Shown one piece after another: positions 9,198 through 17,398 of a DNA stretch of 64,000 nt (position 1 is the stretch's first letter; every line of letters begins with the position of its first letter). Position numbers and translations under genes: made by a program. The notes under the pieces were generated by a model that was given only the letters and a program-made list of their open reading frames with translations, was not told the origin of the DNA and ran no database searches. This stretch comes from an uncultured Hyphomicrobiales bacterium (lineage in GTDB: Bacteria > Pseudomonadota > Alphaproteobacteria > Rhizobiales > Rhizobiaceae), in NCBI GenBank assembly GCA_943914405.1, contig CALUBX010000001.1, positions 4,298 to 68,297 of the forward strand. The letters are read 5' to 3'.

Positions 9198-10349
9198 ATG
9201 GAAATCGAAGGACAAACGATCCGGGCGATATGGGATGCGTTGCAAAGACCGGAACCGTCCGATCGCCCTTTTCCGGCTTCGTTGGCTACAAGGATTACTG
9301 AGACTGGATGGGCATCGACAGCCGATATCGAAGATTTGCTGCTTATGCTCGACCGCAGATTGGATCCGCCTGCGGTCATTGATATCGAAAAATTCGCCGC
9401 CGCGCTGGACCTGCCGTTCCGCGCTGTCTTCTCGCGCCCGAAACATCGTCTCGATGACGGTTTCGGTCACTCCATGCTTTCCGCGATCGATACCGCCGCC
9501 TTTTGCATCTTCATCGAACGGCTGGGTTTCCGGAGCGACCTGACGATCTTGTGCGCTCGGCTCATGGGGGCAATTCCGCCGGTTTCCCATCTGAACGAGG
9601 ACGAGATCTCGGTTCTCTTCTATGAGCAGAACCGTCATCGCATGCCGCCTGTAACCCTCTCGGCGCCTCACCGGCCATGGCGGGGAATGCGCACGATGCG
9701 ACACAAGACCGGATCGGGTTACCGACTGGAGTATGTAATTGATGACGATGGTGAGCCACTGTGGCTGAAGATCGTCGCCCCGAAATATCGCAAGCGGCCG
9801 GAAACACAATCCGTGACCTGCCCCGATTGCGGAATGCTCTACGTCAAGGGCCTGCGAACCGACGAACAGGCGCACCGGTCGTTCCACCGCAAGCGTTTTG
9901 CCATCATCGATCCGAAGCCGAACCGGCAATTCGCCGATGCGTTGTCCCGCGATCTCGACGCTTCCTGGGTGGATGCGTCGTCTCCGAAATGGAAACGCAA
10001 GGCGGTCTATGATCGGGCGTTGGAGTTCAAGCGCGAGCTCGGCTACGACTTCGTGCAATGGGAGATCGATCCCGATCACGATGGCGAAGCGGTCGGATTC
10101 CTGTTTTCCGACGACGCGGATCGGATTGTCGGAGCCTGCGCGTTTCGCCCCCAGCCGGCTGGACGCGGCGACCACCCCTGGCGGCTCGACTGGATATGGA
10201 TGTGCCCCGATGCGCGGCGCCGGGGTCTGTTGGGGCGCCAGTGGGATCGCTTTCGTCAGAGGTTCGGTGTCTTCGACATCGAGCCGCCGATCTCGGAAGC
10301 GATGCAGGCGTTTTTACGCAAGCGAGGATGCGCCGGTCTGATCAGGTGA
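9198..10349 (+). CDS. C2H2 zinc finger + GNAT acetyltransferase, Eco1/ESCO-like architecture
   Basis: TCPDCGMLY...DEQAHRSFH zinc finger; IVGACAF; LDWIWMCPDARRRGL acetyl-CoA-binding motif; GGAGG RBS. Confidence 0.7.
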   Translation: MEIEGQTIRAIWDALQRPEPSDRPFPASLATRITETGWASTADIEDLLLMLDRRLDPPAVIDIEKFAAALDLPFRAVFSRPKHRLDDGFGHSMLSAIDTAAFCIFIERLGFRSDLTILCARLMGAIPPVSHLNEDEISVLFYEQNRHRMPPVTLSAPHRPWRGMRTMRHKTGSGYRLEYVIDDDGEPLWLKIVAPKYRKRPETQSVTCPDCGMLYVKGLRTDEQAHRSFHRKRFAIIDPKPNRQFADALSRDLDASWVDASSPKWKRKAVYDRALEFKRELGYDFVQWEIDPDHDGEAVGFLFSDDADRIVGACAFRPQPAGRGDHPWRLDWIWMCPDARRRGLLGRQWDRFRQRFGVFDIEPPISEAMQAFLRKRGCAGLIR

Positions 10350-11160
10350 TCGTTTCGAGGAATTCGGCCAGCAGTCTGTTGAACGCCTGCGCCTCCTCGC
10401 GATGGACGGCATGCCCTGTCCCGGCGAGCCGGATTGGCTTGCCCGTCCAGACGTTCCGGTAAGAGAGGCTGTCGACATAGTCCAGATTGACGACCGGATC
10501 GTCGGCGCCGTTGATGATCAGCAGGGGTATTGCCGTCGTTTCGGCCACCTTACGCTGGTCGCTGGTTTTGCCGGCCTGTGCGTCTTCCATCATATATTGC
10601 CGCGCCCGACCGTCGGTGCGCCAGATAGCGGCGAGGAATGTTTCATTGCCCTCGTCCTGTTTCCCGAGCGCCATCCTGGCGATCATCCCGACCTGTTCTT
10701 CGGTGATGACGAGGCTGCCGGTATAGGCCATGTCCGGGCTGGGCACGAAGCCGGCGATCAGTCCCTCGATGCTGTTCTCGATCGGCGGCGTACCGAAAAT
10801 GATCGCGCCGGCAATCGACTTTTCGACACGCGCGAGCAGTTCCAGAGTGATATGGCCACCGAGCGAATGGCCGAGCAGCGCGTATCGTGTGACGCCGATC
10901 CCGGCCAACAATTCGGAAACGGCGTTCGCATAGCCGGTCATGCTGTAGCTTCGGCGTGGGTCTGTCGCGTCGGATGAGCCTCCGTGACCGGGCAGGTCGA
11001 TGGCAATGGTTCGGTACGTGTTCCCGAAGGCGGTGATCTGGAGCGCAAAGCTCTCTTTGCAAATAGAGTTGGCGTGCAACATCACAAGCGCAAGCCCATC
11101 GGCGCGATTATCGTAAAAGGCTATTCTGCCGTCTGATGTGTCGAAAAACTGTTCTTCCAT
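10342..11160 (-). CDS. alpha/beta hydrolase, AidH-like (putative AHL-degrading enzyme)
   Basis: DLPGHG, GHSLGG nucleophile elbow, NGADDP and TGH. The segments DPRRSYSMTGYA, GTPP and RTDGRAR recall Ochrobactrum AidH. Confidence 0.8.
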   Translation of the reverse strand: MEEQFFDTSDGRIAFYDNRADGLALVMLHANSICKESFALQITAFGNTYRTIAIDLPGHGGSSDATDPRRSYSMTGYANAVSELLAGIGVTRYALLGHSLGGHITLELLARVEKSIAGAIIFGTPPIENSIEGLIAGFVPSPDMAYTGSLVITEEQVGMIARMALGKQDEGNETFLAAIWRTDGRARQYMMEDAQAGKTSDQRKVAETTAIPLLIINGADDPVVNLDYVDSLSYRNVWTGKPIRLAGTGHAVHREEAQAFNRLLAEFLETIT

Positions 11161-11379
11161 ATGTTCTCTCGTGTCGCTTGTCGTTCACGTCGCCGTCCCG
11201 GATTTGACGGAGACGGTAGCCGCACATGTTCACGACGCGGGGGAACGGCGCAATGTGCAGATCTGCATGTAACGGCGGTTGTTGGAAAGGAAGAGGGCCG
11301 TGGGACGGGGCGAGTCCCGGCGGTCGAGAGAGAGCGCTGACGGGGCTTGTCCTGTTCCCGCTCTCACGAGGACTACTCC

Positions 11380-13938
11380 ATGTACATCATGTTGCCCGCG
11401 GCCGATGCTTCTGCCGCACCGCTTCCGCTCGATCGCGAACCGGCCGCTCCGTCTGCCGCTATACTCGCCGCGGCCAATCTGCTGCTTCCCCATCTCGAAC
11501 GCGGCCAACCAGTCGACACCGGCATGCTGCGTGTCGCCATGGAAACGACGTTCGGCGCCTCCGATGCGTCGGGTGTCTGGGACTGGAAGGAGGCTTACGA
11601 GGCCGGCGAGATAGCGACCGTCCTGTTCCTGCGCAAATACGGAAAGACGCTGTTCCGTAAAGCAGGACAGCCGGCTTTGCGTCTTTCAGCGCTCATTAAA
11701 ATAGCCGCGCTTCTGCCGACCCATACACGCCGCTCGGAAGAATCTCAGGCGCTCCAGCAGTTCTCGACGCCTGTGCCTTTGGGGCTTGCGGCCCTGACGG
11801 CGGCGGCGATCACGCCGGACGATCGCGTACTGGAGCCTTCGGCCGGCACGGGCCTCCTCGCCATTCTGGCCGAAATCAGCGGCGGCACGCTTCTCCTCAA
11901 TGAGTTGGCTGGAATCCGCGCCGATCTGCTCGCCTCGCTGTTTCCAGCCAACACCGTCACGCGCGTCGATGCGGCCCAGATCGACGATCATCTCGCACCG
12001 AAAGCCGTACCGTCCGTGGTGCTGATGAATCCGCCGTTCTCGGCGCTCGCGAACGTCTCAGGCCGTGTCGCCGACGCAGGCTTTCGCCATATCGCCTCGG
12101 CGCTGAACCGCCTCGCGCCGGGTGGGCGGCTGGTGACGATCACCGGCGCCAATGTCGGCCCGGATCTTGCCGACTGGCGTGACGCCTTCACGCGGTTGCA
12201 GGAGCGTGGCCGCATCGTCTTCACCTCCGCCGTCGCCGGCTCGGTCTATCGCAAACATGGCACGACTTTTCCGACGCGGCTCACCGTCATCGATAAGCTG
12301 CCCGCCGACGATCCGGCCGTCTTCCCGGCTGCGCCGGGGATCGCGCCCGATGTCGCCACGCTGCTGGGCTGGATCGAGGCTCAGGTGCCGCCGCGGTTGC
12401 CGGTCACGCTGCCGGAAACCACAGCATCACGCTCGGCGGCAACGCCACGATCCGTGCGCGGCTATCTCGCGCGCTCGGCTTCGTCGCGTCCGGCTGCTGC
12501 TGTGGCCGCCGATCCAGAAGGCATCGAGCTGGCCTATGAGACCGTGGACTGGACTGCGGCCGAAGGCGCGCATCTGACGGACGCCATTTACGAGGAATAC
12601 GGATTGCAGTCGATCCGTATTCCCGGCTCGACGGCCCATCCGACCAAGCTGGTGCAGTCGGCAGCGATGGCGAGCATTGCGCCGCCGAAGCCGGCCTATC
12701 GGCCGACGCTGCCCGCGAACATTCTCGGCCTCCTGTCCGACGCGCAGTTGGAGACCGTCATCTATGCCGGCGAGGCGCATGGCGAATATCTCGCTGGATC
12801 GTGGACAGTGGACGAGACCTTCGATGTCATCCAGGCCGCGCCCGCCGACGCCAAGCGTGCCGTCCGCTTCCGCCGCGGCTTCATGCTCGGCGACGGGACC
12901 GGCGCGGGGAAGGGACGCCAATCGGCTGGCGTCATCCTTGACAACTGGCTGCGCGGCCGCCGCAAGGCTGTATGGATCAGTAAATCCGACAAGTTGATCG
13001 AAGACGCGCAGCGCGATTGGTCGGCTCTCGGCATGGAGCGCCTTCTGGTGACGCCGCTCTCGCGCTTCCCGCAGGGCGGGCCTATCACGCTCTCGGAAGG
13101 CGTCCTATTTACAACCTATGCCACGCTACGCTCCGACGACCGTGGCGAGAGGGTTTCGCGCGTCCGGCAGATCGTTGAATGGTTGGGCTCCGATTTCGAT
13201 GGAGTGATCATTTTCGACGAAAGCCATGCGATGCAGAACGCCGGCGGCGGCAGGGGAGAACGAGGCGACGTTGCCGCCTCGCAACAGGGGCGCGCTGGCC
13301 TCCGGCTTCAGCACGCCCTGCCGGATGCGCGCGTCGTCTATGTCTCGGCGACCGGCGCCACCACCGTCCACAATCTCGCCTATGCCCAGCGGCTCGGCCT
13401 CTGGGGTGGCGAGGATTTCCCCTTCGCCACACGCGCCGAATTTGTGGAGGCCATCGAGGACGGCGGCGTCGCGGCCATGGAGGTCCTGGCTCGCGATCTG
13501 CGCTCGCTCGGCCTCTACACCGCCCGCTCGCTCTCTTACGACGGCGTGGAATACGAACTGGTCGAGCATCAGCTCACCGACGAGCAGCGCCGCATCTACG
13601 ACGCCTATGCCGGGGCGTTCGCCATCATCCATAACCATCTCGACGCAGCGATGCAGGCCGCCAACATCACCGGCAGCGACGGCACGCTGAACAGGCAGGC
13701 CAAGTCGGCCGCCCGCTCGGCCTTCGAGTCGGCCAAGCAGCGCTTCTTCGGCCATCTGCTGACGTCGATGAAGACGCCGACCCTGATCCGCTCGCTCGAG
13801 CGCGACCTCGAGCACGGCCATGCCGCCGTGATCCAGATCGTCTCGACCGGTGAAGCGCTGATGGAACGGCGGCTTGCCGAGATCCCGACCGAGGAATGGA
13901 ACGACGTCCGCGTGGACATCACGCCCCGCGAATATGTG
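11380..13938 (+). pseudogene. strawberry-notch family methylase/helicase, N-terminal part (interrupted by the RIT element)
   Basis: QQFSTP, VLEPSAGTG and MNPPF methyltransferase motifs; GDGTGAGKGRQ, FDESH and SATG helicase motifs. Breaks at TPREYV. Confidence 0.9.
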
Positions 13939-13958
13939 TTATCCGGAGCTCCGGATAA
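13939..13958. repeat. perfect 20-bp palindrome at the left junction
   Basis: TTATCCGGAGCTCCGGATAA, extending to a 32-bp near-palindrome TATGT-G...G-ACATA (13933-13964). Confidence 0.9.
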
Positions 13959-13959
13959 G

Positions 13960-14108
13960 ACATAATATGCCGCGTCGGCGTTATGCTGAGTTCGGGGTTT
14001 CAAACTGTTGTTCTTCTGATTCATTTTCGGGTTTCCGCTTTGGATAATCATGATGTCTCTGCTCTCAACCGCAGAAGGACATCTCCAATGAACTCCCCCT
14101 CCAACTCT
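13960..14108 (+). repeat. left inverted repeat (~149 bp)
   Basis: Reverse complement of 19918-20065 with about 5 substitutions and 1 indel; contains ATATGCCG and TTATGCTG motifs. Confidence 0.95.
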
Positions 14109-15614
14109 CCGCTCGGTGGCCATGCCGAGGCCGATGACCGCACTCTCGTCCGCAGGTATTTCACGGATAATCCCGGGCTGTCGGCGGGCGCGCTGAGTGC
14201 CGCCCGACATTTCCTGAAGTGGGTACGCGCCCGGAAGATCCCGATCAGAGACCTCGATGTATCGGCAGTGAATCGGTTCCTGCGCCATCGCTGCCGTTGC
14301 GGCCACTACAGACCTGCGCAATTGCGCAACCCGGCCTACGCGACCGATACCCGCAGGTTCCTGAGTTATCTCGAAGCCACCGGAATGGTCTTCATTGCCG
14401 ATGACATCGCACGGCTCGCGCAATACCTGCAGGCCTATGCCGGGAAGCTCCGCGCCGCCCGTTACAGCGAAGTGACGTATTCGATGCGACTGAGCCAGGC
14501 GCGCCATTTCGCGGAATGGGCGCTGCAGATGCGTGTTCCGGCCCACGGGCTCGATGATGTCATTATCGACCAGTTCGCACATCATGATTGCCGATGCGGG
14601 ATCAAAACCAAGCGCGGCAAACGGGTCAAGGGTTCAGGAACCAGGGATCGTCGTCGTGGTGCTCGTGCTTTTGTGCGGTTCCTTAGGGATGAGGGTCTGG
14701 TTCCGGTCGAAGAGCCTGACTGCGTCACCGCCTGCGATCCGCGCCTAACCGCGTTTGCGGAATGGCTGCACCGTGAACGTGGGGTAACGTCCGAGACCGT
14801 GCGGCGCTATGTGAACGAAGCGGACCGCTGGCTGGAGCGCCTTGGGGCAGCCCCGAAGGATTACAACGCGGCGGCAATCCGGTCGATCGTTCTGGATCAG
14901 GGCGAAGAGCGCTCCCGATCATCCGTACGCATGACGGTCACCGTGCTGCGTTCCTTCCTGCGCTTCACCATCATTCAAGGTGAATGCGCCCCGGCGCTTC
15001 TCCATGCGGTACCACCCGCTGTTCGGCGCAGGCTTTCGACCGTCCCGCGCACCATACCCACCGCGAAGATCGAAGAGATCATAGCCTCCTGTCGCACCGA
15101 TACGCCGGTCGCGATACGGGACCGCGCCATTCTCCTCCTCCTCGCCCGGTTGGCCCTGCGCGCGGGAGACATCTGGCAACTGCGCCTGTCCGATATCGAC
15201 TGGCGCGCGAGCCGGTTGCGATTGCATGGCAAGGGTAGACGCGGAGTGATGATGCCTCTGCCGCAGGATGCAGGCGATGCGGTGCTGGCCTATATCGAGG
15301 ATGCTCGTCCGGTGGTCGCCACGGACAGAGTTTTTCTGCGAACCCAGGCTCCTTTCACCCCACTGCGATCCGCCGCCGAGATCGCCGGGATCGTTTCCCG
15401 TGTCCTGAACCGCGGCGGCTTTGCCGGCTTGCCGACCGGCTCACATGTCTTTCGCCATTCACTGGCGTCCGCCTGGTTACGCGGCGGTGCGGATCTTGAC
15501 CAGATCGGTGTCGCGCTGCGCCACACCTCCCGCTATACGACAGCGATCTATGCCAAGGTCGATGTCGAGATGCTGGCAGAGGTAGCGCAGCCATGGCCGG
15601 GATGCGCGTCATGA
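14088..15614 (+). CDS. ritA: tyrosine recombinase RitA (long form)
   Basis: LALRAGDI, HGKG, HVFRHSLA, LRH and TTAIYAK catalytic motifs. Confidence 0.85.
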   Translation: MNSPSNSPLGGHAEADDRTLVRRYFTDNPGLSAGALSAARHFLKWVRARKIPIRDLDVSAVNRFLRHRCRCGHYRPAQLRNPAYATDTRRFLSYLEATGMVFIADDIARLAQYLQAYAGKLRAARYSEVTYSMRLSQARHFAEWALQMRVPAHGLDDVIIDQFAHHDCRCGIKTKRGKRVKGSGTRDRRRGARAFVRFLRDEGLVPVEEPDCVTACDPRLTAFAEWLHRERGVTSETVRRYVNEADRWLERLGAAPKDYNAAAIRSIVLDQGEERSRSSVRMTVTVLRSFLRFTIIQGECAPALLHAVPPAVRRRLSTVPRTIPTAKIEEIIASCRTDTPVAIRDRAILLLLARLALRAGDIWQLRLSDIDWRASRLRLHGKGRRGVMMPLPQDAGDAVLAYIEDARPVVATDRVFLRTQAPFTPLRSAAEIAGIVSRVLNRGGFAGLPTGSHVFRHSLASAWLRGGADLDQIGVALRHTSRYTTAIYAKVDVEMLAEVAQPWPGCAS

Positions 15615-16358
15615 TGCATCACGATGTCGACCGCTTCGTCCAACTCAATCGCGCTCTTGGAATGAAGTTTGCCGCGCAAGAGACATCCTTGCGCGCCTTC
15701 GCGGATTTTGCCGCGGAACGTTCCATCACGCATGTGACGACCGCGCTGATCCTGGAATGGGCCGGTGGCGCCGCGACGCCTTATGCAGCGCAGGCCCGGT
15801 TTGATCGCGCCCGTGCCCTGACCATGTTTCTGCACGCGGAAGATGCGCGGCACGAGATACCGGCGATGGGCCTGCTGGGCCGTTCACGCCGACGGCGACG
15901 ACCTGACGGAGGATGGCCTCATGATCCGCAAGGGCAAGTTCGGCAAGAGCCGCCTCGTACCGATACATCCTTCAACCCGCGCCGCGCTGGAACGGTATCT
16001 CGAAGCCCGCAGTGCCGTGCGCCATCCGGGCGATGATCTCTTCGTTCTGGGCCACGGCCGCGCCCCGACGGCGACAAGGGTTTACGTGGTCTTCGTTCGG
16101 ATCGTGCGCAAGCTCGGTTATCGCAACCCAACAGGCCCTGGCCCCCGTGTGCACGATCTGCGCCATACATTCGCAGTGCGATCTCTCGAAGCTTGCGGGC
16201 ACGATCCACAGGCGGTGTTGCGGCACATGAAGGCGCTGAGCACCTATCTCGGCCATGTCGATATCGCCAATACCTACTGGTACCTCGAGGCCACGCCGGT
16301 CCTGCTGAAGATGATCGCGTCGACCGCCGAAGATATCTGGATCGGAGGTACGGCATGA
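15611..16358 (+). pseudogene. ritB: tyrosine recombinase RitB with internal deletion and frameshift
   Basis: The N-part (MMHHDVDRF...GRSRRRR) and the C-part (DDLTEDGLMIRKGKFGK...HDLRHTFA...YLGH...TYWYL) are in different frames, joined near 15895-15905. The catalytic-Arg box is missing. Confidence 0.8.
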
Positions 16359-17359
16359 CCCCGCTTGCTCCCGATCTTTCGGCCTTCCTGCGAACCCATC
16401 TCCCGGGCGACTGCGGAGCGAGCCGACATACCATCGCGGCCTATGCCCACGCGTTCACCCTTCTGCTGCGGTTTGCGGCGGGGCGGCTCAAGCGAACCCC
16501 TTCGGAACTCGCCATAGAAGACCTTGATGTGCAGATGATCAGGGCGTTCCTTGAACATATCGAGGAAGGGCGCGCCAACTCCGTCCGGTCCCGCAACGCG
16601 CGGCTGGCGGCGGTCAAATCGTTCTTCCGTTTCGTCGAACATCGACACCCAGCATGTCTTGAGCAGGCGATGATGATCCGGGCCATGCCGATCAAGCGGA
16701 CAGATGCCAAGCTGATCGACTATCTGACCAGGGAAGAAGTCCGTGCCCTGCTTGCCGCGCCGAACCGTCACACGCCGGGTGGATTGCGGGACGGGGCGAT
16801 GCTGCATCTGGCCTATGCCGCAGGGTTGAGGGCATCCGAACTGCTCGCGGTGCGAATGGACGATTTTCCCGAAGTTTCGTTGTCCAGCGTTCGGATCCTG
16901 GGCAAGGGGCGGCGGGAGCGCGTCCTGCCGCTCTGGAAGGAGACCCAAGCCACCATTCGCGCGTGGCTGGCTGTCCGGCCAGGCAATGTGGGGCCCGAAC
17001 TGTTCCTGAACCGTGATGGTCGCCAGATGACACGGGACGGGTTCGCCTACAGGCTCAGGCAGCATGTGGCGACCGCCGAAGGCTTGGCACCCTCGATCGC
17101 CGCAAAGCACGTGACCCCGCATGTGCTGCGGCACAGCTGCGCCATGCATACGCTTCAGGCTACCGGCGATATCCGCAAGGTCGCGCTCTGGCTTGGACAT
17201 ACCAGCATCCAGACGACGGAGATGTATCTGCGCGCGGACCCGGCCGAGAAGCTCGCACTTCTGGATGCGCATCATGCCCCGCTGATCAAACCCGGCAAAT
17301 TCCGGGAACCCTCGGACAAGCTGATGCAGATATTGGCCGTCGCGACACAGAGATCCTGA
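16355..17359 (+). CDS. ritC: tyrosine recombinase RitC
   Basis: NSVRSRNARLAAVKSFF, GLRASEL, HVLRHSCA, LGH and TTEMYL; ATGA overlap with ritB. Confidence 0.88.
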   Translation: MTPLAPDLSAFLRTHLPGDCGASRHTIAAYAHAFTLLLRFAAGRLKRTPSELAIEDLDVQMIRAFLEHIEEGRANSVRSRNARLAAVKSFFRFVEHRHPACLEQAMMIRAMPIKRTDAKLIDYLTREEVRALLAAPNRHTPGGLRDGAMLHLAYAAGLRASELLAVRMDDFPEVSLSSVRILGKGRRERVLPLWKETQATIRAWLAVRPGNVGPELFLNRDGRQMTRDGFAYRLRQHVATAEGLAPSIAAKHVTPHVLRHSCAMHTLQATGDIRKVALWLGHTSIQTTEMYLRADPAEKLALLDAHHAPLIKPGKFREPSDKLMQILAVATQRS

Positions 17360-17398
17360 CTGATCGGGCAGAATTGGTGTCCCGCTATCGGCGGGGCG

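Noticed and set aside
8898..10175. 425-aa minus-strand ORF and similar long antisense ORFs (e.g. 5622-6563, 28020-29285, 40670-41782, 43216-44592)
   Set aside because: These are shadow ORFs of real genes in GC-rich DNA and have no domain motifs.
13983..14087. Longer RitA start at 13983
   Set aside because: It lies in the IR tip; ATG 14088 has an AGAAGGA RBS.
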